This document shows positions 1 to 15,417 of a stretch of 64,000 nt of DNA, piece after piece. The stretch lies in the NCBI RefSeq assembly GCF_009914755.1, contig NC_060931.1. One strand, written 5' to 3'. The position numbers and the translations under genes were made by a program. This DNA comes from the human T2T-CHM13v2.0 reference genome, Homo sapiens. The notes beneath the pieces are model-generated. The model did no database searches. It saw only the letters and a program-made list of their open reading frames with translations, and was not told the DNA's origin. Positions within the stretch are counted from its first letter, which is position 1; the number at the start of each line of letters is the position of its first letter.

Positions 1-405
1 AATGTCCATTCCTTATCTGTTCTGTATTCTAGCAACACAGGAAAAAAAAAAGCCTTTCATGAGTCCTTTAAGTATCCCCCAGACCAGTCAGAACAGACAC
101 ATAATAATTTGCGGGTAAGATCTTCTCTTGTTCCTTTGGACCATGGACCAGGCTTCCTCACTGGGAACGTGGGCTTCTGACACTTCAAAACTGCCAATTT
201 GCTGGGGCAAAGCCAAGTTAAAAATGTCATAAAGTTTTCCAGTTGTCTTTTTCTTGAGTCTGCTTTCACTTGGTTGTTGTAATCTTTTGACCATTTTCCA
301 CAGTTTTGGCAAAGTTTATTCGGACAGTTTCTGTTAGTTGTGTGATGTTTCTGTGGGGAAATGAAAGATTGCAGCTGTCTCCACTGCCATTTTGCTGATG
401 CTCCT
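1..405 (-). mobile_element. Old L1M-type LINE-1, 5' end
   Basis: Ends in GCCATTTTGCTGATG, resembling the antisense of the old L1 5' terminus. In copy B it is contiguous with an ORF1-like remnant (38109-38339). Confidence 0.6.
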
Positions 406-452
406 CTTTTGTCAATTTTTGCTTCATGTTATTATGCTTTGTTATTAGTTCA

Positions 453-880
453 CGTATTAGTTTTCTAGGGCTGCCATAACCAAGTAACACAAACTGGGTG
501 CCTTGAACAACATATATTTACAGTCTTATAGTCTTATAGTCCTGGAAGCTAAAAGTCTGAGATTGAGGTGTCAGCAGGGATGGTCCCTTCAAGGGCTATG
601 AGAGAAAGCCTGCTCTGTGCCTTGTTTCTCGCTTCTGGTGGTTTAGTGGCAGTCTTTGGCATTCCTTGGCTAATCTCTGCCCTCATAATCACATGGTACT
701 CTCCCTGTGTGTATGTCTCTGTCTACTCAAATTTCTTCTTTACCAGGGACATCAGTCATATTGAACTCAGGCTCATCTGATTGTATCTTAACTTGATCAG
801 CTGCAAACAACCTATTTCCTAATGAGGTCATATTCAGTGGTTAGAATTTCAGCATCTATATAGAGGAAACAATTTAGCTC
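453..880 (-). mobile_element. MaLR solo LTR (MLT1-type)
   Basis: Begins (T/C)GTATTAGTTTTCTAGGGCTGCCATAACCAAGTAACACAAACTGGGTGCCTTGAACAAC, the characteristic antisense MLT1 terminus. Confidence 0.75.
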
Positions 881-1607
881 CTATGTGTGCATACATGATT
901 GTAATAGCTATGTCTTCCTAAAGCGTTGACCCCCTTTTTACTACAATATAAATTTTTAAAATGCTATTCACATTTTTAATAGTCTATATTGTGTGTTATG
1001 AGTATAATGAGTTCAGTGTTCTTATGATTGTTCTTTGCATGATATTTTTGGTCATCATTTTACTTTCAATCCATTAGTATCCTTGCATCTCAGCGTATAT
1101 TGGGATCACTTGTTTTAATCCAGTCTGGCAATCTCTGCCTCTGGAATGGATTTTAATCTGCTCACATTTAAGATTATAATTGGTATAATTCTATTTATGT
1201 GTGCCATTTTACCGTTTGTTTTATATATTTCTCAAATATTTTTCTTTATTGCTTTATTTTGCAATGAAAGAACATTTTTTAAAATAGGGAACTTTAGATT
1301 ACTAATGAATTATTTTATTATATATTTTTGAGAATTTTTGTTGTTGTTGTAAGTTTACCATATAGGTATATGGAAAATTAATTATTCAAACCATCTTCCA
1401 ATTTATACTAGTAAACTTTTAGTAATACATAGAAACATCATTCTTATATAAATCTCTTTTGTTTCCTCCATTTTAAAGTATTATCACTTTACACATTACA
1501 TCTATTAAAGTTACAAAGCCAGCAATACATTTCAGTAATTATTACTTTACCATCTAGAGTTATTACCTTATCACAATACATTTTTCTTCCAACTACCTCC
1601 TTTTTGA

Positions 1608-1978
<371 letters not shown>

Positions 1979-2359
1979 ATTATACTCATGTTATTTAATA
2001 AACAATTTATGATAAAGAGAAAAAAATGCATTTTTACTGTCTTTTATAATGTCAATATTACCTATACCAGTGCTTTTTTAAAAATGTGGATTCAAGTGAC
2101 TGCCTTCTGTAACCTGCTTTTAGCCTGAGGAATATATTTTAGAGTTTTTTTTATATGGTAGGTCTACCAGCAACAACTTCAGTTAATATTTCTGTTTATC
2201 TGGGTAAGTCTTTGTGTTATCTTCATTTTTGAAAAATAATTGCTGGATAAAGAATTCGTGGCTGAGAGTTATTTTTCCTTTGCATCTTTTGAATATATTA
2301 TTCTACTGCCTCTTGCCTTCCATTGTTTCTCTTAAGTCAGCTGTTAATCTTACAAAACA

Positions 2360-2810
2360 TAGGTGCTCAAAAAATAAACATGTGCATGAATATTTACAGA
2401 AGTAATATTCATACAGTCAAAAAGTGGAAACAATACATAAGCTTGTTGACTCATAAATTGACACCCAGTTTTCAGCTATAACAAAGAATGAAGTACTTAT
2501 ATATAGTATAATATTGGTGAAATTTGAAAGCATTATGTTAAGTGCACAAAAGGACAAATATTACTTGATTTTATTCACATGAAACATCAGGAATTGGCAA
2601 ATCAATTGGGATATAAATCAGATTAGTGGTCATTAGGGCTAAGGGAAGCAGAATAGGGTGTAACTACTTTATGCATAATGGGTTTTTGGAAGGGACATGA
2701 TGAAATTGTCCTGGAACATTGTGAATATACTAAAAGCAAGTGCATTGTATGCTTTAAAATGGTTGTTATTAATTTTATATTATGTGATTTTTACCTTAAA
2801 AAATAAAAAA
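2360..2810 (+). mobile_element. Old L1M 3' end fragment
   Basis: Degenerate L1MB/MC-like 3' UTR ending TATGTGATTTTTACCTTAAAAAATAAAAAA. Confidence 0.6.
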
Positions 2811-3649
2811 GGGAAAATAGCCTTACTCTACACATAATAAACTCAAGATATGTTACAAATTTACATGTGAAATCCAAAATACTATAATATGTAAGGAATA
2901 GCTAAGTAGAATAACACTGAAATTTAACATAATGAAACATTTCCTTAGAAAAGAAAAAAGCACAGTAATTAAAAAGGGAAATATATTTAATACTTTTTCT
3001 CTCCATTAAGCATGCCATTAACTGAGTAAAAAATCAAGCTGCAATTATGTAAACTACATTTTCTAAAACCATAAAGAAAAGAAGAAATAAAAAGTTATTT
3101 GGGAAAAAAATCCAAAGGTACAGTCAACTACACAAAAAAAGCTTAGTCTCATTAATCATTATGAAAATGCAAATGGTAACTGAAAGAATATAAAACTACA
3201 ATTCAAAGGGAAAGCCTAAAATTTCAACCCCCCAAAAAGTCTGGGTTTTGGAGATCTGGGATGGAATAGGGTTCCTAACCTGACAACAATGAAAGACCCA
3301 AACTAACTTCAAAGTCATGACTTTATCTTTATAGCAATGAGGTTGCCAAGAACTGAGTCAAAATGTGAGGGAAAACAAGCACCTGCAAGGAGAAAGAGGA
3401 CGGATGCACTTACATAGGACAGATGCAAATAGACACCACTATGACAAGTAAAGCTGGAATAATCAATAAATTCCTAAAGGCAAAGTGGGGCTGGTGAGAT
3501 TGGGAGACAGCTGACAGCTGCAGAAGTTGGGAAAGATCCATCATCTTGAAAACTTTTTCCCACAAACCCACTGCGATCTCTCAAGCAATTGGTAAGGAAT
3601 CCAAGAGAGTCTGTATATGACACAGATCAGGGAGAGCAGAACACTTGGG

Positions 3650-3921
3650 AGGTGACCAGGTCTTGGGGGCCGAGCCCTTATGAATGAGATTAGTGCCTTT
3701 ATAAAAGTAGCTCAATGGAGTTCTTGTGTGCCTTCCACTATGTGAGGACATAGAAAGAAGGCACCATCTATGACCCATGAAACAGGCTCTCATCAACACT
3801 GAATTTGTGAGCTTCTTGACCTGAGATCTTACAGCCTCAAGAAGTGTGAAAAAAGAAATATCTGTTGTTTTTTAGTCACCCGGTTTATGTTATTTTGTTA
3901 TAAGAGTCAAATAGAGCAAGA
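3650..3921 (+). mobile_element. MaLR LTR fragment (MLT1A/MST-type)
   Basis: GCCCTTATGAATGAGATTAGTGCCTTTATAAAAG ... CACCCGGTTTATGTTATTTTGTTATA motifs. Confidence 0.7.
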
Positions 3922-4837
3922 TATTCCACTTAATATTTAGGGGAAGGCAACAAAAACTGCCACACTTAGAATACTCCTGATGCTGGGAGTATGAAAACAG
4001 GAAAAACAAAACAAATCTGCTCTTGAAGGTGAAGGAGGAATATCACTGAGCTCACCAACACAGCCAGGAAAATAACAGAAGTGTGAGAAGGCTACATTCC
4101 TGAGACCCTGAGAAAAAGTACCTGCATAAGACTGAGATGAAATTGCCTACTCTAGTTATGACTGAAATCCCAAAAAGAAAAGAGGGAAAAATAATGGAGC
4201 AAAAGAAATATTTTTCAAAATAACTGCCAAAAATATTCTAAAAGAAGTGACAGAAAATCAAACTTCCAATATAGGAAACTCAGAGAATGTCAAATAGAAC
4301 AAAAAGAAATAAGAATTACATCTTGAAAAATCTTTAAAAAATCAAGTCTAAATTTTATATCTTGCTCCAAATATATAGACATATAAATAGGTTATCATCA
4401 AGATATGGAGAAAGCCATATCATGGAAACACTAAAATTAAGCTGTGGAAGGACTACATTGATATTAGACACAACAGAGTTCGGAACAAGAAATAGTATCA
4501 GAGATGAGAGATAATAGAATAATCAATTCTCAAGAAGATGTAAACCTCCTACAAATTAGGGTATGCAGCTAACAACAGAACCTCCAAATACATGAGGCAA
4601 AACAGGAAAGAAATCAAAGGTGAACTAGAAAAATCCAAAATTATATTTGCCGACATCAACACTTTTGTCTTAGTAATGAAAAGACTAGGCACTAACTCAG
4701 TAGTCATGTGGAAGATAAGAACAACAATATCACCAACAAGACATCCAATCTTCAATGGCAGATACTCTTTCCTTTCAATTGAAAAAAAAAACAGTATGGC
4801 ATATTCTCTAACAAACCCAGAATTTCTAATATTTGCA

Positions 4838-5465
4838 TTCTTCCTTCTTCTTTCCATCTTCTTTTCTCTTCCCTTCCCTTGCCTTCTTCCTTCCTTTCTT
4901 TTTTCTCTTCCTTTTCTTTTCTTTTTTCTTTACCTTTATTTTTCTTTCTTTTTTCTCCTTCCTTCTTTCCTTCTTTCTTTCTTTCCTCTTATTCTTCCTT
5001 CCCTCCTCCCTCCCTTCCTTTCTCCCTCCCTTTTCTTCCTTCTTTTCTCATATTCTTTCTTTCTTTCTCACGTTCTTGCTTTCTTTCCATTTTTCTCCCT
5101 TCCTCCCGCCCTCCTTTTCTTCCTTCCTCCCTCCTTTCCTTTCCTCTTTTTCCTTCCTTCCTTTGCCTCTTTATTTTCTTTCTCTCTATGCCTTCCTCCC
5201 TTTTACCATTCTCTCTTCATCCTTTCCTTCCTCTCTTCCTCATGTCTTTCGTTCTTTCTCTCTTTCTCTCTTTCTTTCCTTCTTTCTTTCTTCTGTTCAT
5301 GCTTTCTTTTTTCTCCCTTCCTGCCTCCTTTCTCCCTTCCTCCCTCCCTCGCTCCCTTCTTTCCCTCATTTCCTCCTTCTTTTCTTTCTTCTTTCTTTAT
5401 TTCCTTCCTTCCTTCTTTCCTTCCTTCTTTTTCTTTCTTTGTTTTTTTTTCTTTCTTTCTCTTAT
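4838..5465. repeat. CT-rich low-complexity tract ((TTCC)n/(TTTC)n), copy A
   Basis: About 630 bp that is nearly all pyrimidine on the + strand. It produces the F/S/L/P pseudo-ORFs. Confidence 0.97.
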
Positions 5466-5552
5466 CTACAACTCATATTATTTTAAAAAAAATTAAGAGA
5501 GGGAGACAGAAAAATAAAGAACGCTTTAATCTGCAGGTAAATAGATTGTCTG

Positions 5553-6365
<813 letters not shown>

Positions 6366-7359
6366 GATTTTTATATTGTAATTGTATCATGAAAATGAGA
6401 ACCATAATTTATAATTGCTTTTAATACTGCAGTTCGATGTTTGAAATCACGTACGTGGAAATGATCTCTATGTGCATGAGGGAGGATAGCAAATTGATGC
6501 CAAAACAATGCAAATGCAAATCTTACACTCATTTCTATGTAGGTTTCATTTAACCTTTGAAATTAAAATGAAATTAAAAGATTGTGATCTTTTGATGAAA
6601 TTAGACTAAAATGAACAATAACAAAATAAGAACTTACTTATATTCTTTATATGGTCAATAAAGAAGTGATAGTGGAATAAAACAAGATCAAATGAAGGTG
6701 ATGATTTAGGAAGTTGGAAAGGTAGATGACACCACAATATGGTATATAACCAGTGAACACTTAGACACACTGATTGATGAACTTCAGCTTTTGGCTTGGT
6801 GAGAGCATAAAATGAGAGCAGCTGAGGTTTGCCAATTTGTAATCTCCTTGTGGAAAAACAGGGGAAAACACATCTCAGCCTAATAAGATTTATATACTAA
6901 AGAGTCTAGACTTGATCCATTTGTCCTTGTAATTCAAAAGCTAATTCAAATACTGATTTGATGTATTGTGTGAACAACCATTGCTGATTATCATCGCATA
7001 CCTGGCATTCTCTTGTATCTGATATCTAAAATATTTGGTAATTCCTGGACTATCTCTTTTCAAACCCAGTACGGTTTAATTTGAGTCTTAGAACAGTTGT
7101 CTTTGAGAAATTCTTCCCTCTACTGCATCTGTGAATGGGCATAGCATGGTTACATACATACTGTCACTCTATAGAACATTTGTTAAATTAAAGCCAAAGT
7201 TTAAAGCAAGAGCTTTAACTTACTGGTTTTACTAACGGTTTCCTCCCCAATAGCCACAACAAGATTGATACCCTCACACCTCTTAACATAAAGCTTGGTG
7301 TTGTCTATTTTTCAGGTGCTGTCATATATATGATCTCAGTATTTTAAAAATCAGCTTCC

Positions 7360-8772
<1,413 letters not shown>

Positions 8773-8775
8773 GTG

Positions 8776-8925
8776 GGCAATGTGGTGTGCACCTGTTGTC
8801 CTAGCTATTTGGGAGGCCAAGGTGGAAGGATTGCTTGAGCTTGGGAGGCTGAGGCTACAGTGAGCAGTGACTGCAACACTGCACTCCAGCCTGGGCAACA
8901 AAGCAAGACCCTATCTCAAAAAACA
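8776..8925 (+). mobile_element. Old Alu (AluJ-like) right arm
   Basis: GGAAGGATTGCTTGAGCTTGGGAGGCTGAGGCTACAGTGAGC...CACTGCACTCCAGCCTGGGCAACAAAGCAAGACCCTATCTC. Confidence 0.85.
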
Positions 8926-9126
8926 TATATAATAAAAATAAAAATCAGCTCTCATTGATTTCTATGTAAATATGCACAGGTGATGTCTATATAGACATAA
9001 ATAATAATATTTCTGACAATGGGCCCATATGATCTTCAAAATGTAAAATGCCTATCTGTGTAATTGACTGGTTAGTCTCATTAATGAATATAGATTCAAT
9101 TCTACTTTCTTGTTCTAGATAAATTA

Positions 9127-9296
9127 TAACTTCAGAATGAGTATTTGTCTGTTGTTGTTTTAAATCTTCTCTTTAAACTTTGTTGAGTTAGTCTTGAGCC
9201 ATCTGTAATTTGGAGCTAAATGAGCACTGTCACTAGGGCATGAACCTCCAGTGGTCTTTACTGAATATCCTGGAGGTACAGAGGGGATTCCCTTCT
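9127..9296 (+). repeat. ~170 bp block duplicated at 57800-57969
   Basis: TAACTTCAG(A/G)ATGAGTATTT...GAGGGGATTCCCTTCT is present at both sites. Confidence 0.95.
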
Positions 9297-9411
9297 CTGA
9301 TTAGAATTTGGAATATAAAGAGAAAAGAGAAAAATAGAAAGCTATGCATAAACACGTGCATTAAAATGAATTTTCTGTGGGCTTTTTCATGAAAATGTTC
9401 CTAAGGTATTT

Positions 9412-9640
9412 TATTTTTTTATTGTGGTAAAATACACATAACATAAAATGTACTCTGTTAACCATTTTAAGTGTACAGTTCAGTGGTACTAAATATAGTC
9501 ATAACATTGTGCAGCCGTCCCTACCATCCATCTCCATAATTCGTTTCATCTTGTAAAACTGAAACTCTATACCCATTAAACAATACTTCCCCATTTCTTC
9601 CTCCCCCCAGCTTCTGGCAACCATCATCGTACCATCTCTA
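9412..9640 (-). mobile_element. L1MB-type 3' end
   Basis: TTATTGTGGTAAAATACACATAACATAAAAT...ACCATTTTAAGTGTACAGTTCAGTGG is the typical antisense L1MB 3' terminus. Confidence 0.75.
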
Positions 9641-11264
9641 TAATGCTAATCAAGCATAGTGACTGTGTTTCTTGCTTCCTCTAGTCTGCAGGTAGCATAC
9701 AAATGTAATAAACTACTTATTCATGTCACATCTATTTATTTTCTGCCTTATACCAAGCTTGTGGGATTCTTTTAAATACAACATTTTTCTACTTACACCT
9801 ATGCAATACCCATTAGCATCGCCTTCCTAAATCAGGGGAAATTGAGCCTCTGTAAGATGGAGTAACTTCCTAAGATATAAAATTCAGCATTGAAGACTGT
9901 ACACTTCAATATCCTGCCCTCTTCTCATGTGTCTTTACTGCCTTTTATGTATGTGTTAGATGTTCAACAAATTCTCTTTTTCAAACTGAATTTAAGCCGT
10001 GGAGCAGTGTTTTGTTGAACAATAAATATGATATAGGACACTCTTCCTCCTTTTCATGTATGATCCTGTTCATGAAAAAGAGAAATTCTTTCATTGTGCT
10101 AGAAGCTTAGAATAATGAAAATGCCACTTTCTACATTAAACAGAAACTGAAGGGAATCAAGGTGAATTGCATGAGACATAGAAAACAAGTGGGAAATAAA
10201 TGTAGTATAATTTGCCCTTTGTGTACCTTTATTATTTAGCGTTTGAGTAAATGATTCCCCCAAATATCTTACCATCTTAATTCATGTCTATAAAGTAGAC
10301 ATTTATGTCTCACCTTGTCAAGAAGGGCAAACTCTAACATAAACATTTCCCAAAAATGCTTCCTGCTAAAACATAAGCTCATTCTGGCTAGAAATGCAGC
10401 TCACTTCATAAAGATTAATTGGTAGCTAATTTTGCATGCTGTTCTCTGAACTTGAGTGAAACCTGTCCATCAGGCATACAGGGAATGACGGGAAAGGTGA
10501 CAACAGAAGATGAATGCTATGTCACTAACCTTCAAAGATGACCTGCCTTTTCTTTCAAATTCTTGATATCTTAAGACTTCATTAATTCATCTCTCTTTTC
10601 CCTTGGTTCAACATTTTGCTATACCAAAACTCATGTGAAACAATGACCTAATGTAATAAAAATGGCATTTTTCTTTCATGTAGATGCAAGCTAACTGGCA
10701 TTTTTACAATCCACATATTTCCTTTGTCAATTTTTCATTCTGTATTGGAAGTAATTGATAGGTATTTCTGAAGAGATGAAGGTGTTTCTGTGTTCATTGT
10801 GATCCAAACTATTTTTAGACCTAGGAGCGTTGGTAAAACAATTTATGCCCACTGACCAAGGATCACTGTGGCAGAAAGCAGCAAACTTGCATAAGATGTC
10901 ACTGCTTCATAGGTTGGCTTTGAAAACTAGGGGCACACTCTATACTCTTATGAATAAAAGACATTGATAGATGTAGTATAAGATTACAATCATATTTTCC
11001 TTTTGACAGTCACATTATACAGCATGATGTATTGCAATTAATCTCAATTAGCTGATCACAATTAAAATTAATAATGTTTATTATTGCTGATAAAAATCAT
11101 GTCTCTCCTGTTCTCAAATGTGCAAGTAATTCTTGTAATTTTAATACAAATTTGCATATTATTATTAATTGATTTAATCTCATTGGATTTGGTTCATGGA
11201 TCCAATTTATTAAAATATTGACAACGGGATAAAGATTTATCTCCCCATTTCATGTACACTAAAA

Positions 11265-11560
11265 ACATTTCTTACAATGATCTGCAAGCCCATCATCATC
11301 TGCCACCTGTTAACCGCCAACATTCATTTATATCTTCACCCTTGATCTTACCAGTGGTCCTGGCCACCTCACTGTCCTCTGGACATACCAACATGCTGCT
11401 GCCTTATGATCAAGACTCTAGTTAATTTCTTGGCTTGGAAAGATAGTCCTCCATATATCCATTGATCAGCTCATTCAACTTCCTCAAGTCTTTACTGAAA
11501 CTTCACATTCTCGATGAGGCCTATTCAGTATTTCAAACTGCCTCCCAGCTGCAACATTCC
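11265..11560 (+). mobile_element. LINE-2 fragment
   Basis: Degenerate L2 3' motifs (GCTCATTCAACTTCCTCAAGTCTTTACTGAAACTTCACATTCTCGATGAGGCCT). Confidence 0.5.
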
Positions 11561-11594
11561 AAAACCCCTTACTCTTCTGCATATTTTTGAAAGG

Positions 11595-14130
11595 ATTTAT
11601 TGAGATATAATTTACATAGTGTAGAGTGCACACATTAATGTCTACAAGTCAGTGGCTTTTAGTATATGCACAGATAAGTGGAGCCATCATCACAATGAAT
11701 TTTAGAGCATTTTCATCACTTCAAAAAGAAACCCCACCTTCCCTAGCTGTTAACCTCCTATGCACCCATCCCCTACTCAATCCTAAGCAACCACAAGTCT
11801 GTTTTCTGTCTCTATAGGTTTTCCTATTCTGTTTTCATCTAAATAGAATCATACAATAGGTGGCCTTTACTGCCTGGCTTCTTTCAGTTGGCATAATGCT
11901 ATCAAGGTTCATGTACGTATTGGTACTTTATTTCTTTCTATAACTGTATAACATTCAGTTTCATGGATATAACATTTTGTTTATCCAATAATATTTTTAT
12001 TGACATTTGAGTTGTGTTCAGCCTTTGGCTATTTTAAATACTGCTGCTAAAAATACTTGTGTACAATTTGTGTTTGAACACCTCTTTCCAATAATCTGGG
12101 TGTATATCTAGGAATAAATTTCTGGGTCATATGACAATTCTATGTTTCATATATTTAGAAGCCATCAAATTATTTTCCAAAGTGGCCAGTTCTAGCCATA
12201 GAGTATCTAACTGTGGTTTTGATTCGTAGTTGCCTGATGAGTGATGCTATTGAGTATATTTTTATGGGATTATTGACCGTTCGTGTATCTTCTTGGGAAA
12301 CACATCTATTCCTATCATTTATCAGTTTTGAGTTGGGATATTTGTGACGGAGTTAAAACAATTTTTCTATATTCAAGATACATGTATATGTACAGACATA
12401 TAGATACGTGTTTTTCAAATATCTTCTCACAATTTTTGAGCTGCCTTTTGACTTGCTTGGTTGTCCTTTGAAACACCAACGTCTTTAATTTTTAAGAAAA
12501 TTTAAATATCTAATTTTTATTTTGTTGCTCATGTTTTTGGGGTTACAGCTATTTCTTTGCTAGATCCAAAATCCTGAAGATTTTCCTATATGCTTTATTC
12601 TAGCTCTTGCATGTGCGTCTTTACTTCATTTGAGTTAATATTTTTGTATGCTTTGGGGTAAGGGTTCGAATTTATTATTTTGCAAGTGGTGATCCACGTG
12701 TACGTTGTTGACCCAGTGTGTTCAAAGACTGTCTCTTCCTCATTGAATTGCACATGGCACCACTGTAAGAATTCATTGACTGTAGACACATAGTTTTATA
12801 TATAGACTCTCAATTCTCTTCCATCAATCTATATATTTTTCCTTCATCAGTATTGTGTTGTCTTGATTACTGATACTTTGCAGTAAGGTTTGGAGCATGG
12901 GGGTGATAATTATCCTAATATGTTTTCTTTTTTCAAGATTATTTTGGCTATTTTGAGTCCCTTACAATTCCATGTGTATTTTAGAATCAACTTGTCAGTT
13001 TCTAGACAGAAGTCTGTTGGGATACTTGCAGGGATTTCATCAAATCTGTAGTTCAAATTGTAAAGTACTACAATATTAAATCATCCAATTCATGGGTGTA
13101 AGGTGTTTGCTAATTATTTAAATATTCTTTAAACAATAATTTTTAATTTTCAGAGTAAAATCTTGTATCACATTTTCCAAATTAATTATTATTTCATTTT
13201 TTTGATGCTATTTTAAATTGAAGTATTTTCTTAAATTCATTTTGGGGTTTTCATTGCAGATGTGTGCAATTGATTTTTGTACATTTACCTTGTTTGCTGT
13301 AATATTGCTGAAATAATTTACGAGTTCTATCATTCGGTGGATTCCTTAAAATTTTCTATATACAAGAATGTTATTTTCAAATAAAGTTTTATTTCTTCCT
13401 GTTCAATGTGGGTGACTATTTTTTTTAGTTGCCGATTTGCCCTGCATAAAATCTTTAGTACAGTGTTGACTAGAAGAGGTCAAATTATATATCCTATTCT
13501 TATCTCTGACCATAGCGGGAAAGCAACCTTTATCATTAAGTTGCATGCTTGCTGTTGGCTTTTCACAGGTGCCATGTATCTGGGGTAGAAAGTTCTCTAT
13601 TCCTGGTTCATTGAGTTTTTATTTTTACTTTTAATCATTAAAGCATTTGGATTTTGTTAAATGTCTTTTCCGAATCTATCGAGATGATCATGCAATTCTC
13701 GTTTCTTATTCTATGGATGAGATGTATTACCTTAATGGATTTTGGGCTGTTAAACCAACCTGGGATTACTTGTATAAATTTCACTTTGTCATAGTGTATA
13801 ATTCTTTTATATGTTGCTAGATCTGATTTGCTAGTACTTTTTAAGGAATTTTGCATTTATACATATAGTAGTTTTATTTTTCTATTCTATTTGGACTAAT
13901 TTTTGTATCAAGGTAACACTGGCCCCACATAATAAATTGGGAAGTGAATATTTCTCTTTTATTAAAAAAAGCTAGTCAAGAATTAATATCAATTATTCAA
14001 CACTAACAAATATTATTATTATAAATTATTAATTTCTCTAATTTTTATTTTCTTCCTTCTGCTTGCTTTAGGTTTAGTTTGCTATTCGTTCCAGTGCCTT
14101 AATGTGGAACTTCATCTTACCTCATCCTTT
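11595..14130 (-). mobile_element. Old L1 (L1MB-like) 3' UTR and ORF2 remnant
   Basis: 3' end TTTATTGAGATATAATTTACATAG. The minus-strand peptide HYDKVKFIQVIPGWFNSPKSIKVIH...IISIDSEKTFNKIQ (13638-13856) is a degenerate ORF2 RT segment. Confidence 0.85.
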
Positions 14131-14169
14131 CATTTTTCTTTTCATTTTGTAAATAGTGTCTTTTTAGCA

Positions 14170-14450
14170 TCAGGTGAGCTCCCCAGGTTGGTAGTACTCC
14201 ATGTTTATTGCTGTACAACAATGACAGGTAATATGTCCTGAAGACAATGGAAACTTAACATTCAAAATCTCCTAGATTCCACCTTATATGATATGTCTCT
14301 TCTATTGGTCCTAATTTCTACCCTTTCTCTATTATAAACCATGAGTACAATGGCATTCAATGAGTTCTGTGAGTCTTTCTAGTAAACTCTTGAAACTGAC
14401 GGTGTTCAGGGGAAACCCCTGAACTGGCAGTTGGTGTCAGAAGTGAGAAT
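14170..14450 (+). mobile_element. ERVL LTR fragment (MER21-like)
   Basis: TGAGTTCTGTGAGTCTTTCTAGTAAACTCTTGAAACTGA...GGAAACCCCTGAACTGGCAGTTGGTGTCAGAAGTGAG. Confidence 0.6.
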
Positions 14451-15075
14451 CTTCTTACATGGCCTCTTCCTTTGAACTGTGCAGCTGGACGCAAACTCTG
14501 CACAATTTGGGCCAGAAGTCTCGTGTTGACTTTGCAGCCTAAAGTATCTTGTAGTTTGTCTAACCCTCAATAAATTTGCTTTCATCAAATATTGTATTTG
14601 TTACCCCAAAATTACCATCTCTTTTTTTTCTCCAAATAACTAACATTGGGAGAAATAGCCAGCTGAGTCTGTAACTCAACAGAAACAAGTGATCCATATA
14701 CCATATACCATATAAGTGGCCATTTCATTTTGCCTTCTTCCACCAAATCTTAGCAACCTCAACCATTGCCATGGGCCACTGTAGGCCTATCAGCTACAAA
14801 CAAACAAGTATCTTTTAAAAACTCTTCATACTCCCATTTGATAAATTTCCCAGCAAAGAGATGCCTACTTTAACTCTATGCAAGTGGCTCATATTCACGA
14901 AGTCTGTAGATATTATTCATGTAGTGTGAGAAAATCATCCCAGCGATGCCAGCACATTCTCCTTCCCATGATCTGCTTAGTTTGCAAACATATTCAGGCC
15001 ATGGGTGAGAGATTTGTATTTCACAGTACAACAATTTTATGGAGGGCATTGAAACTTACCTTGAGCATTTTAGTA

Positions 15076-15417
15076 CAGTCACACATCACTGAATGATAAG
15101 GATACGTTCTAACAGATGTATCCATAGGCAATTTCATCATTTTGCAAACATCACAGAGAATATTACAAACACCTAGATTGTACAGCCTACCACGTTTAGG
15201 TTATATGGTATGGCCTCTTTCTCCCAGGCTACAAACCTGTGTACTACATTACTGTACTGAATACTGCAGGCAATAAGAACACAGTGGTAAGAGGTTATGT
15301 ATATAAACACATTTAAACGTAGAAAAGTATGTAAAAATATCTATTATAATCTCAATGGACCACTTTTGTATATGTAATCCATCTTTGACTAAAAAGTTAA
15401 TATGCATGACATGACTC
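15076..15417. mobile_element. Tigger3a/MER7-like non-autonomous DNA transposon
   Basis: TA|CAGTCA ... TGACTC|TA terminal inverted repeats with TA flanks, and internal CCCAGGCTACAAACCTGTGTACTACATTACTGTACTGAATACTG. Confidence 0.8.

Noticed and set aside
57-490. Duplicated minus-strand ORFs (also 38880-39553) as a conserved gene
   Set aside because: They lie in an old L1 5' region and MaLR LTR. The frames differ between the two copies because of indels.
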